Assembly: GCA_046757025.1 (NCBI GenBank)
Contig: JBHHXN010000005.1
Span: 25,989-89,988 of the forward strand
Direction: 5' to 3'
From: a bacterium
Lineage (GTDB): Bacteria; Zhuqueibacterota; Zhuqueibacteria; Oceanimicrobiales; Oceanimicrobiaceae
DNA: 64,000 bases
This document shows positions 9,534 through 19,149 of the stretch, one piece after another. A program made the position numbers and the translations under genes. Positions within the stretch are counted from its first letter, which is position 1, and each line of letters begins with the position of its first letter. The notes under the pieces were generated by a model. It was given only the letters and a program-made list of their open reading frames with translations, was not told where the DNA came from and searched no databases.

Positions 9534-12533
9534 TTGATGAATAACAAAATTAAAATTCTGCCACAGTCACTGAGCATTTCTATTGTGATTTTCGCCGCTT
9601 TGATTTTATACTCTGCCGACGGTGAAAAAGTAAATCTGCCAAAGTCTTCGCAGTTTTTACAAGCAGTTGAGCAAGGTCGGGCTAAAAGCAGTGCGCAGTA
9701 TCAATCTCACTCGATCTGCGGCAGCGCTCTTCTACCACCGGATACCATCCTGCTCAAAGATCCCAAATCGGGCTATCCAACCATCAACATAAGGATACCG
9801 CAGGATGACGTGGGCGATATCAGAACCTTCAATGCGGTGGATTTCACCAATGAAAATCAGGAAGTAAAACAAATCGTCGCCAGGGCGGAGAGCAAGGGCA
9901 GACATGCCTATATTTATGTGGACACCACCGCCACTTATAAAGCCGAAGATCTGGAGGATATTCTTGCGTTTTTCGATGACCACATTTATGATCGAAATAT
10001 CCAGGTATTTGGTTCGGAGCCCCGTCCAGGCATTGATGGCGATTTTTTAATCACCATATTATTTTTAGAGATTGAAACCCCGGAAAATATAACGGGGGAT
10101 ATCGCGGGTTATTTCTGGCCGGTAAATCAATCTCCAAAGAGTGAGAACGCCAATAGCAACGAAAGAGAAATGCTGTATGTCGATATCGGGCGTTTAACGC
10201 GTTTTGGCGTGGAAGATGTGTTGGGAACCATCGCGCACGAGATGCAGCATTTGATTCACTGGAATCACGATAGAAACGAAGAAACCTGGATAAATGAAGG
10301 GTTGGCTGAGTATGCCATTTTTGTGAATGAGCTGCCGTTGAACAATCCCCCCAATTTATTTTTAGACGATACCGATAACAACCTGACCAACTGGACTGGC
10401 CAGCCACGCGATTATGCTCGTTCCTTTCTCTGGTTTTTGTATTTGGCGGATCACTATGGCGGCAATTCGCTAATTCGAAATATAGTGGCAAATTCCGGCA
10501 AAGGCATGACCGCGCTGCAGTCCGTTTTGATTTCTTCTGGCATGGAAACCACCACCGACGAGATTTTTTCCAATTGGATTGTGGCTAATTATTTGGATGG
10601 CATTTCCGCTGAAAATGAACTGTATGAATATAAATCCATGCGGCTTGGGCCGCTTCGTCCAACCCAAATTTTTGGATTTTTACCAGTTAGCACGCGAGCA
10701 GCGAATGTCAATGCTTACGCCGCAGATTATTACCTGTTCAACGGTGGGGAAAATTTAGTTCTGCACATCGACGGTCCTAACCTCAACCCAAATTTTCAAG
10801 TTAAAGGTATCAAAATTTTCGCTCACGCACCGGCGCAAGTAATCGATATCCCGTTAGACAACGTGGGTCGGGGCGATTGGCCGCTGCCCGAATTCGGAAT
10901 TAGTTTTAATAAATTTGTGCTCGTTCCTTATTATTTACAAAAACCAACTTTTGGCGCGCTTGCCGATTACAAATTTGATGCGGAAGGAACAGGCGGACCT
11001 TCTGCGTTTGTGGATACGTTACAGTATCACGACACGGATAGCAGGTTGATCATCTCATTGGGCTTGCCTTCACCTTTGATCAATTCCAATCATTTCGACT
11101 CGTATGCCGTCCGTTTTACGCCCCACTCTGATGGCAATTTGTTGAGCATGGAATTTGCTTTATGGAATCGCATCGGTTCGGATGGGGCGGTGAGAATTTT
11201 CGTTTACACGGACAGCGGCGACAGTGTGGCCGTACCGCTGTCAAAAGTGGATTCCGTGGATGTGTCGGATGCCACCGGTACGCCGAGTACCATCACCTGG
11301 AACCGTGTGGATTTTAGCGGTAAAAATGTATCTGTAAAAAAGGGCGAAGATTTTCATCTGGCCATGGAATTTGTTGATCACAGCCTGGGCGATACGGTTT
11401 TCGCCATTCTGGATACAGCAAAAGTCTCCACCAACCGTTCCTCGGTTTATGTGCGGGAAGAACAACGGTGGGCGCATTTTGTAGGGGGATTTAATTTCTT
11501 CATGCGGGCTATGGTTTCCATTCCCGCGGATCCAACCGTGCCACAAATCACTTCTGGCATCCTGCAAAATCCCGTGTTCAATAAAGAGCTGGACATTTTT
11601 GCCATCAGCGAAAAGAGTCTCAATCCTTCCAGCGTGGAAGGTACGTTCACGTTGAACGATTCCAGCACCGTGCTGCATTTTGTGGCGGTGGATGATTCCA
11701 ACAAGGTCTTTATTGAGGATGATTTCCATCTATTCGGTGACGGTCCTGCTACATTGGTGGTTTCGGGCCGGCACGCGTATGGCACCATTGCGGGTACCGA
11801 TACCCTCAGCCTCAACGTGGATTTTATCAACTATCAAACCGCCGGTACCGTCACCAGCTCCGATGAATATTTTCAATTGCATCTGATTGAAAACACGCTG
11901 GTGGGAAATACCTATTTCACCACTTTTGCCATGGACGATAATTTTCAGCTAAATGAAAATGAGAAACTGTTAGCCAGTGATCTCATCCCCACCGGCCTGG
12001 CTTATACGGTCGCTCCAGACGGGATGACTTTTGAGAAAATGGTTGAGCTGCAAATTTATTATGCTGACAATGAAACGGCCATGCTCTCGGAAAACGATTT
12101 GGAGGTGGCTTTTTGGGATGACGGCAGATGGGTACTTTTGGGCGGGGAGTTGTATCGGGAGAAAAAATATATTTCTGTGCTGGTGAATCGCACGGGTAAT
12201 TATCAGTTGGTGGCTAAAAAATACCAGCAGCCGGAAAGTGAAAATCCCGCTCCAATCCGTTTTTATTTGCAGCAAAATTATCCCAATCCGTTCAACCCCA
12301 AAACAACCATCAAATTTGGGCTGCCCAGAACGGTTCACACCATTATTCGCATAATCAATTTAAAAGGACAAATCATTTCTGTGTTGGTGGATGAGGTTCA
12401 AAATGCCGGCGAGCACATCATCGAATGGGATGGCACCGACGACAAAAACGTTCGCGTGGCCAGCGGCGTTTATCTCTATCAAATTCAAGCGGATGATTTT
12501 GTGGATACCCGCAAACTGGTCCTGGTGAAATAA
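9534..12533 (+). CDS. Secreted zinc metallopeptidase (HExxH, M30-like) with C-terminal T9SS-type/FlgD-Ig sorting domain
   Basis: AHEMQHLIH...WINEGLAEY zinc motif; C-terminal LQQNYPNPFNP...WDG...VASGVYLYQI...KLVLVK. Confidence 0.8.
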   Translation: MMNNKIKILPQSLSISIVIFAALILYSADGEKVNLPKSSQFLQAVEQGRAKSSAQYQSHSICGSALLPPDTILLKDPKSGYPTINIRIPQDDVGDIRTFNAVDFTNENQEVKQIVARAESKGRHAYIYVDTTATYKAEDLEDILAFFDDHIYDRNIQVFGSEPRPGIDGDFLITILFLEIETPENITGDIAGYFWPVNQSPKSENANSNEREMLYVDIGRLTRFGVEDVLGTIAHEMQHLIHWNHDRNEETWINEGLAEYAIFVNELPLNNPPNLFLDDTDNNLTNWTGQPRDYARSFLWFLYLADHYGGNSLIRNIVANSGKGMTALQSVLISSGMETTTDEIFSNWIVANYLDGISAENELYEYKSMRLGPLRPTQIFGFLPVSTRAANVNAYAADYYLFNGGENLVLHIDGPNLNPNFQVKGIKIFAHAPAQVIDIPLDNVGRGDWPLPEFGISFNKFVLVPYYLQKPTFGALADYKFDAEGTGGPSAFVDTLQYHDTDSRLIISLGLPSPLINSNHFDSYAVRFTPHSDGNLLSMEFALWNRIGSDGAVRIFVYTDSGDSVAVPLSKVDSVDVSDATGTPSTITWNRVDFSGKNVSVKKGEDFHLAMEFVDHSLGDTVFAILDTAKVSTNRSSVYVREEQRWAHFVGGFNFFMRAMVSIPADPTVPQITSGILQNPVFNKELDIFAISEKSLNPSSVEGTFTLNDSSTVLHFVAVDDSNKVFIEDDFHLFGDGPATLVVSGRHAYGTIAGTDTLSLNVDFINYQTAGTVTSSDEYFQLHLIENTLVGNTYFTTFAMDDNFQLNENEKLLASDLIPTGLAYTVAPDGMTFEKMVELQIYYADNETAMLSENDLEVAFWDDGRWVLLGGELYREKKYISVLVNRTGNYQLVAKKYQQPESENPAPIRFYLQQNYPNPFNPKTTIKFGLPRTVHTIIRIINLKGQIISVLVDEVQNAGEHIIEWDGTDDKNVRVASGVYLYQIQADDFVDTRKLVLVK

Positions 12534-12543
12534 ACTGAGGTTT

Positions 12544-13143
12544 ATGATGTCGATCAAGCTGTTCCGCCATTTTATCATCGGATTCGCCACACTATTTTTG
12601 CTTGCTCATTGCAGCGAGCAGGGGGTATCGCCAAATTTAAAGGAGGCCAGCGAATTGACCGCAGAAGGCTGGCAGGCGTTTGAGAATGGCGAATACGGGA
12701 TGGCAGCCGCCAAGTTTGATTCAGCCATCCAGTCCGATGCAAATTTTGTGGATGCCTACAACGGCGCCGGTTGGGCTTACAGCCGGCTTGAGGAATTTAA
12801 TCTGGCGCTGAATAAATTTGAAACCGCTTTGAGTAAGACCGCCGATTTGATCGAAGCGCAAGCAGGTACGGTTTTGCTGTTCCACGTTTTGAATCGATTT
12901 GAGGAAGCCATTGAGGCCGCTCTGGCGCTTTTAGAAGTGGCGCCCAACTTTATGTTTTCGCATGACCCCGCCATCGATTCGTTGGACATTCGAATCACCC
13001 TGGCCATCAGCTTTTATTCAGTGGGCGACTTTGCCCGTTCCGCTGGGCAGATGGATATCATCGATCCGGACAATAAACCGCACTCTACTGAGCCGGACGG
13101 CTTGATTAAAGAAATTATGCGCTTTTTCGGGTTGATTCGATAA
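12544..13143 (+). CDS. TPR-repeat lipoprotein
   Basis: Lipobox-like LAHC; AYNGAGWAY and further TPR repeats. Confidence 0.8.
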   Translation: MMSIKLFRHFIIGFATLFLLAHCSEQGVSPNLKEASELTAEGWQAFENGEYGMAAAKFDSAIQSDANFVDAYNGAGWAYSRLEEFNLALNKFETALSKTADLIEAQAGTVLLFHVLNRFEEAIEAALALLEVAPNFMFSHDPAIDSLDIRITLAISFYSVGDFARSAGQMDIIDPDNKPHSTEPDGLIKEIMRFFGLIR

Positions 13144-13271
13144 CGGCCCGCATAACCGGCGCTGCCATTCAGGTCACGTAACTTGCATAAAAGACATAAC
13201 TTGCGGCAATGCTCCAAACTTAAAAATTACGCCAGAATGGCAGCGTCCGAGTTATAATGCGGTTGTTAGGT
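13138..13271 (-). mobile_element. Integron attC recombination site
   Basis: Minus strand: R'' ACCTAAC, arm CGCAT..TAAC-T-CGG-A-CGCTGCCATTC pairing with GAATGGCAGCG-CCG-GTTATGCG (two extrahelical bases), R' GTTATCG; 134 bp; directly downstream of the 13290-14120 gene. Confidence 0.85.
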
Positions 13272-13289
13272 GTTAAATTCATGTTCCAC

Positions 13290-14120
13290 TTACAAAGGGA
13301 CATTCTGCTTTATCTCCTCATACCGCCGTGTAGCAAGCTCTGAAGGCTCGCCTTTCTTGCAAAAAGATAGTTGAGCAAGGCTTCTATGTGGCCGTTCGAC
13401 TACGATTCTGCCGCCCTCATCCAACTTGGAGTCCAATGCGCTCAATGCTTCTAAAAATCGTTTATCCTCTTTCGCATAATTATAAAAAGATAGTACATAA
13501 ACATAATAGAAGAGATTATACCGTAGGAATGGATACTCAACTTGCATGAACAGTGTACCGATTCCGAAGTGACAGGGTCCAATCGGTCGCTTCACCATCC
13601 AGTGGTCAAGCAGCGACTCTACTGCCCGGTCTAGAGCTGGATTCTTGTTGAGATGTTCCGTAAAGCGAAACGCATCCAAGACAAAAATTGTGACACCGGG
13701 ATTTGAGAATTCTGTTTCTGGTCCTCGTCCGCCTGAGAACTTTTTACAGCGCCAGCCACCGTCGTTGTGTTGAATTTCAAACAAATGATCGAATGTCCGT
13801 TGAAGTTTCCGGTCTTTAGACATGCCGAATCGACATAGAACTCTGATCGCATTTGCTGTATGGCACGGATAGATCGCTCCTCTTGGTGCAACTCGGAACC
13901 GGCCATCGTCTCGCCAAGTATCCAGAATCTGCTGGAGAGCGCCTTTAACTGCCTCGTGAGTACGAGCAACTTGTAGTTCATGGAGAATCAAGGGAGACTC
14001 AAGCGTGCTAAAGGGAGTACCAACTCCGATGCGGCCGTCTACACTGGCCCAATAATCACCACCATTTTGATGCCGTTTGGCAAGGATGGCTTCGATATCA
14101 GTGATGTGCTTCTTACTCAA
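13290..14120 (-). CDS. Prenyltransferase/squalene-oxidase repeat-like protein (gene cassette cargo)
   Basis: QHNDGGWRC QW-like motif, YPCHTA, QVEYPF..YNL..YVYVLS; followed by attC; short leader. Confidence 0.7.
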   Translation of the reverse strand: MSKKHITDIEAILAKRHQNGGDYWASVDGRIGVGTPFSTLESPLILHELQVARTHEAVKGALQQILDTWRDDGRFRVAPRGAIYPCHTANAIRVLCRFGMSKDRKLQRTFDHLFEIQHNDGGWRCKKFSGGRGPETEFSNPGVTIFVLDAFRFTEHLNKNPALDRAVESLLDHWMVKRPIGPCHFGIGTLFMQVEYPFLRYNLFYYVYVLSFYNYAKEDKRFLEALSALDSKLDEGGRIVVERPHRSLAQLSFCKKGEPSELATRRYEEIKQNVPL

Positions 14121-14367
14121 GATTTGATATCCTCACATCATTTTATCGTTTCGTTGCCACCTAGTACCGTTTCTGGAATTCATGCAATATGTAAGGATCT
14201 CCAGAAACTGGATAACACCAATATATTTAATGTACTATCAAAATTCAATAAAAATATGGCTTCATATAAAAAACGTGAGATTCCTGCACAGGAAACACCC
14301 CTTTATCTTGTACTATTTAATATTTTTCGCGAAGAGGTATCGATCAAAATCAGTTTCGCAATTCTTG

Positions 14368-14404
14368 AAAAAAAAAGGCGCCAATCCTGTTATGGCGCCT
14401 TTTT
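14368..14404. terminator. Bidirectional intrinsic terminator downstream of nrdJ
   Basis: A9-GGCGCCA-loop-TGGCGCC-T5. Confidence 0.75.
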
Positions 14405-14505
14405 GTACTTCACCCACCGTGCCTAAATAATCTTTACCGCTGTGTATTTAGAATATCTGACTTAGTCCTTTACAGATTTTTCACGATGGGAACGCCTTGC
14501 GCTCC

Positions 14506-16962
14506 TCAACATTTTGACCAGCCACAGTGGTAGCAGGTCATGCAGCCGGTTTCATGTGTCACCGGTGCACCGCAGTCCGGACAGGTCAATATTTCATATC
14601 CGCTCAGGCCTTGGTCCGGCGTTTTTTTTTGCAGGGTGGACGATTCGTCTTGCTTGGCCGCGGTCGTTTCTACTGACTTTTTAAGCTGGCCTTTGCGAAT
14701 TAAGTAGCGTTCGAGCGCCTTGCCGATGGCGTCCGGTGTGGACAAAATTTGTTCGCCGTTTTCCCAGATCGGCGCCGGCCCGGAAATCCCTTTTAACTGA
14801 CTGATGATTTCTTTGGGATCGATGGAGGCACGCAGGGCCAGCGAAATCAGCCGGCTGATGGCTTCAGTTTGGGCAGCGGCATTGCCGCCGGCTTTACCGA
14901 TGTTTGAAAAAACTTCGCACAGCCCATCCTCGTCCTCGTTGATAGTCACATAAAGGTTGCCTTCGCCGGTGCGGATGCGTTCGGTGATGCCGGTGGTGAT
15001 TTTCGATCGTGTGCGGGGGTGGAACCCGTTTTGATCGACATTTTTCAATTTGGGTTTGTCGGTTTTTAAAATCCCTTCCCGGCTACCTTCACGATACACG
15101 GTGATGCCTTTCAAGCCGGCTTTATAGGCGGTGATATAAATATCCGCCACGGCATTGACGTCGATGTCCTCCGGCAGGTTCACAGTGGAAGACACGCTGC
15201 TGTCCACGTATTTTTGAATGGCGCCCTGCATTTTGACGCGAAAATAGGGATCGATGTCGTGGGCGGTCACCACGTAGTCTGGCAGATTCTCGTCGCTTCC
15301 GAACAGCCTTTTGATCAGGGGATGGTAAACTTTGTATTCGCGGAAGGATTCGCCGTCGTCGTTTTTGACGCGGCGCGTGTAACTGGTGCAGAAAATCGGC
15401 TCGATGCCCGAGCTGGTTTCCGCCACGATGGAACCGGTGCCCACCGGCGGCACGGTCAACAGCGTGCTGTTGCGAATACCGTATTTTTTGATCTTATCTT
15501 TGAGATTTTTCGGCAGCGTCTTGATAAATTTGCTTTTACTGAATTCTTTCCAGTCAAACAATGGAAACGCGCCTTTTTCCGTTGCCAGCTCGATGGAGGT
15601 TTCATAGCAGGTATCGCGAATGGTTTTCATGATTTTTTCGGTCATTTTCAGCGCTTCTTTGGAGTCGTACTTGATCTTCATGAGCACGAGGGCATCTCCC
15701 AGTCCGGTGATGCCAACCCCAACCCGGCGGTCGGATGCCACAGCCCGGCTGATTTTGCTTGAGGCGTGGTTGTTCATATTGTAATCGATCACGTTGTCCA
15801 TAAAGCGCGTGGCGATGCGTGTGTACTCTCGTAATTCATCAAAGTCCAAAACGCCGTTTTCATCGATAAATTTTGCTAAATTGAGATTGCCCAGATTACA
15901 AGCCGTGAAAGCGGCCAGCGGCTGTTCGCCGCACGGATTGGTACTGGAAAGGGGATTCGCATATTCCACGTTGTGGTAATCTTTCATGGTATCCCAGAAG
16001 ATGATGCCTGGTTCCGCGGAAGCATGCGCGCTGGCGATGATTTTATCCCACAGTTCTTTCGCCCGTACGGTTTTGTACACTTTCACGGGTTGGTCGGCAT
16101 TTTGTCCCGGCACACACGGCCACTTCAGTTGGAATTCTTTGTCTTGCAGCATGGCGTTCATAAACTCGTGCGTCAGCAAAACACTGATGTTGGCATATTT
16201 TACTTTTTGCCGATTGGAATCGTTTTTGATGGCGATGAATTTTTCGACGTCGGGATGATCCACGCGAATGGTCAACATCAGTGCGCCGCGCCGGCCGGCC
16301 TGGGACACGGTGTTGGTGCTTTCGCTCAACAGGTTCATAAACGCTGTGGCGCCCGGTGAGTGGTCCACGGTGGCGTTCACAGAGGCGCCGCTGGGACGCA
16401 AAATCGACAGGTCGGTGCCCACACCGCCGCCGGTGCGATAAACCATGGCCGATTCTGTCAAGCAGGTGTAAATTCCTTCCAGGCTGTCTTCCTCGATGGG
16501 AATGACGTAACAGTTGGAAAGAGTGGGCCTTCGTCGGGCGTCATCCCGACCCGCACCGTGTAAAATACGGCCGCCGGGCAAAAATTTGAATTCGTAGAGT
16601 ATTTCAAAAAATTTTTTAAACCAATGGTCCTGGTCTTTTTCTATGGATGAAATAGCCCGGGCCACGCGGTACCAAAGGTGCAGCGGTCCGGTTTCTTTTG
16701 GCGCCAGATATTTGGCTTTCAGTACATCGGAAGCGAGCTGGTTTTCAGGATAGTAGGTTTTTGAATCTGTGGCTCTTTTTAGAGTCTTTTCTTTATATTT
16801 ACCTTTGAATTCCTGTTTGATCTTTTTGGCCAGTTCCGCCGCGCTCAAGAAATTAAATTTAGCAGATTCACCTGATTTTTCTACCAGACTGTTGTTATTT
16901 CCATTTGAATTCCCTGGATCGGTATTTAGAGCTTTAATATCAAACTGACTATTCGCATCCAT
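14506..16962 (-). CDS. nrdJ: Adenosylcobalamin-dependent class II ribonucleotide reductase with C-terminal TSCPD domain and Zn ribbon
   Basis: TLSNC, QAGRRGALM, TNPCGEQPL, ACNLG, PVGT, GIEP, KGITVYR; C-terminal CPDCG...CMTC.HCGWSKC. Confidence 0.95.
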   Translation of the reverse strand: MDANSQFDIKALNTDPGNSNGNNNSLVEKSGESAKFNFLSAAELAKKIKQEFKGKYKEKTLKRATDSKTYYPENQLASDVLKAKYLAPKETGPLHLWYRVARAISSIEKDQDHWFKKFFEILYEFKFLPGGRILHGAGRDDARRRPTLSNCYVIPIEEDSLEGIYTCLTESAMVYRTGGGVGTDLSILRPSGASVNATVDHSPGATAFMNLLSESTNTVSQAGRRGALMLTIRVDHPDVEKFIAIKNDSNRQKVKYANISVLLTHEFMNAMLQDKEFQLKWPCVPGQNADQPVKVYKTVRAKELWDKIIASAHASAEPGIIFWDTMKDYHNVEYANPLSSTNPCGEQPLAAFTACNLGNLNLAKFIDENGVLDFDELREYTRIATRFMDNVIDYNMNNHASSKISRAVASDRRVGVGITGLGDALVLMKIKYDSKEALKMTEKIMKTIRDTCYETSIELATEKGAFPLFDWKEFSKSKFIKTLPKNLKDKIKKYGIRNSTLLTVPPVGTGSIVAETSSGIEPIFCTSYTRRVKNDDGESFREYKVYHPLIKRLFGSDENLPDYVVTAHDIDPYFRVKMQGAIQKYVDSSVSSTVNLPEDIDVNAVADIYITAYKAGLKGITVYREGSREGILKTDKPKLKNVDQNGFHPRTRSKITTGITERIRTGEGNLYVTINEDEDGLCEVFSNIGKAGGNAAAQTEAISRLISLALRASIDPKEIISQLKGISGPAPIWENGEQILSTPDAIGKALERYLIRKGQLKKSVETTAAKQDESSTLQKKTPDQGLSGYEILTCPDCGAPVTHETGCMTCYHCGWSKC

Positions 16963-17144
16963 CGAGCTCTCCTGTTAAAATATGAATTTATGAAAACGAA
17001 TGAAATTGGTGAAAAAAAACGATATGTAAACCGTCGCTACCTCGTAGTCGGAAGGCGAAACGAATCGCAGGAAACATCACTTCAGCTGAGCACCAAATTC
17101 ACAGTTCTAATTGTTTGTTGATTTTACCCGAATGAAGTGTTATT

Positions 17145-17173
17145 AATATACAATAAATTGAGTCGGATGTCAA
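17145..17173 (-). promoter_or_regulatory. sigma-70 promoter of nrdJ
   Basis: Minus strand TTGACA-17 bp-TATATT. Confidence 0.8.
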
Positions 17174-17227
17174 GAAGAAAATACAAAATATAGTGCTTAA
17201 TATATTATTTAACACAATAAGTAGTGT
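17148..17227. promoter_or_regulatory. Three NrdR boxes (17148-17163, 17181-17196, 17212-17227)
   Basis: ATACAATAAATTGAGT, ATACAAAATATAGTGC, ACACAATAAGTAGTGT match acaCwAtATaTwGtgt at 13-14/16; spacing 33 and 31 bp; upstream of nrdJ. Confidence 0.85.
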
Positions 17228-17279
17228 ATTGAAAAGTTAAAATGAGGATGGTGACCTGCCTGGGCTTGCTAAAAATATC

Positions 17280-17308
17280 TTGACTTGCAGGCAAAATATA
17301 ATTATATT
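17280..17308 (+). promoter_or_regulatory. sigma-70 promoter of rib operon
   Basis: TTGACT-17 bp-TATATT. Confidence 0.7.
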
Positions 17309-17383
17309 AATTTCAATTTAAAATCGCTGGTAAGATTAAAATTTTTTGTTATTTAGATTATTTTTTATTGAGTAGAACGGTTT

Positions 17384-18481
17384 TTGACAGACGAACAGTT
17401 AATATCTCGCGCGGTTAAGTTGGCTGAAAAAGGCCGGGGCGCGGTGAGTCCCAATCCGTTGGTGGGAGCGGTGATCGTCAAAAAAGGTGTGATAATAGGC
17501 GAAGGTTTTCACAAAGAATTCGGAAAAGAACACGCAGAAGTAGTCGCCCTCAACTCGGTTTCGTGCGATGCAGCGGGTGCGACGCTGTACGTGAATCTGG
17601 AGCCGTGCAGCCACCAGGGTAAACAGCCGCCCTGCACCGAGCGAATAGTCGCTGCCGGAATCAAGAAGGTGGTCATCGGCATGCCCGATCCCAATGAACT
17701 GGTAAACGGAAAAGGAATTGCTTTCCTTAAAAAACAGGGGGTTGCCGTGGTTTCAGGCGTCAACCAGAGCGTGTGTGAAAAATTGAATGAAGGGTACACA
17801 AAATTCGTCTCCACCGGATTCCCTTTGACCACTTTGAAAATAGCGCAAACTCTGGACGGTAAAATTGCGGCCAGTAATGGTCGTTCGAAATGGATTACGG
17901 CGGAGCCGGCCAGGCGCTACGTCCACAAACTGCGAAGCCGGCATGACGCGATTTTGGTGGGTGTGGGCACGGTACTCGCGGACGATCCCCGGCTCACCGT
18001 ACGGCACGCACCCGGCGTTAATCCCGTACGCATCGTCGTGGATAGCCAATTGAGTATTCCACTGGATTCGAAATTGTTGCGTGACACGCGTATCGCCAGG
18101 ACCGTTATCGCCAGCACGACGTTTGCCTCGCCGGAAAAAGCGAAACGAATTGCGGACACGGGGGCTTCGGTCTGGCGAGTGAATGCGAACTCTGAAAAGC
18201 GCGTGGATTTAACCTCGCTGTGGACAAAGCTCGGTCAGGAAGGCATCACCTCGGTTTTTGTGGAAGGAGGGAGTGAAATTTTCACTTCGATGCTGAAATC
18301 CAATTTAGCGGACCGGATACACTTTTTTGTGGCGCCGAAAATTTTAGGTGACGGATTGAATCCCTTCGGCCATTTAGGCATTGAAAACCTGGATTACAGT
18401 CTGGCTCTGACCACTCTGCAAACCCGGCATCTGGGGCAAGATATTTTAATCACTGCAGATATTTTAACAACCTCAAATTGA
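17384..18481 (+). CDS. ribD: Bifunctional riboflavin biosynthesis deaminase/reductase
   Basis: PNPLVGAV, HAE, LEPCSH...PPC, AQTLDGKIA, VEGG motifs. Confidence 0.97.
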   Translation: MTDEQLISRAVKLAEKGRGAVSPNPLVGAVIVKKGVIIGEGFHKEFGKEHAEVVALNSVSCDAAGATLYVNLEPCSHQGKQPPCTERIVAAGIKKVVIGMPDPNELVNGKGIAFLKKQGVAVVSGVNQSVCEKLNEGYTKFVSTGFPLTTLKIAQTLDGKIAASNGRSKWITAEPARRYVHKLRSRHDAILVGVGTVLADDPRLTVRHAPGVNPVRIVVDSQLSIPLDSKLLRDTRIARTVIASTTFASPEKAKRIADTGASVWRVNANSEKRVDLTSLWTKLGQEGITSVFVEGGSEIFTSMLKSNLADRIHFFVAPKILGDGLNPFGHLGIENLDYSLALTTLQTRHLGQDILITADILTTSN

Positions 18482-18485
18482 AACT

Positions 18486-19124
18486 ATGTTTACTGGCTTA
18501 ATTGAAGAAATCGGCTTGGTCAAAGCGGTTCAAAGGGGAGCAAATGGGGTCCTGTTGGCGATAAACGCACAGGAAGTAGTACGTGATCTGACTGTGGATG
18601 CCAGCATCGCTGTCAACGGCGTCTGTCTGACGGTCATCGAGTACGCAGAAACCGAATTCAAAGTGCAAGCGGTGGAGGAGACTCTGAGCAAAACCACGGT
18701 GGGCACTTTAAAGGCCGGCTGTCGGATCAATTTAGAAAGGGCTTTGCGTTTCTCGGACCGGCTGGGCGGCCATTTGGTCCAGGGGCACGTGGATGGAGTA
18801 GGCAAAGTGGCCCAGGTTCAGGCGCAGAACGGCGGAAGCCTGCTGACCATCGCCATGCCAGAAAACCTGATGAAATATGTGATCAAGGCGGGCTCTATTG
18901 CCATCGATGGCGTCAGTTTGACCATCGCCCGAAAACAAGATGCCCTGATCTCCATCGCACTCATCCCGCATACACTGGCCAACACCACTTTATCTGATTT
19001 GAAGCCAGGCGACGCGGTGAACATCGAAGTCGATCTCATCGGAAAGTATGTTGAAAATTTGCTTTCAGACTCCGGCAAAAGCGAAATTACGGAACAATGG
19101 CTGCAACAAATGGGATATGAATAA
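18486..19124 (+). CDS. ribE: Riboflavin synthase
   Basis: MFTGLIEE N-terminus, GVCLTV, GGHLVQGHVDG, DGVSLT. Confidence 0.97.
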   Translation: MFTGLIEEIGLVKAVQRGANGVLLAINAQEVVRDLTVDASIAVNGVCLTVIEYAETEFKVQAVEETLSKTTVGTLKAGCRINLERALRFSDRLGGHLVQGHVDGVGKVAQVQAQNGGSLLTIAMPENLMKYVIKAGSIAIDGVSLTIARKQDALISIALIPHTLANTTLSDLKPGDAVNIEVDLIGKYVENLLSDSGKSEITEQWLQQMGYE

Positions 19125-19149
19125 TCATTAAAGGAATCGATGAATCGCA

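Noticed and set aside
13980..14430. 148-aa and 82-aa plus-strand ORFs
   Set aside because: The longer one overlaps the cassette gene antisense; both run through a terminator; no motifs
15214..16563. Long ORFs antisense to nrdJ (similar ones occur opposite dnaE and nuo genes)
   Set aside because: Expected codon-bias shadows of well-conserved genes
16963..17140. Possible cobalamin riboswitch in the nrdJ leader
   Set aside because: No B12-box or GGGAA/ACTG core found by eye; an Rfam scan would be needed to exclude other motifs
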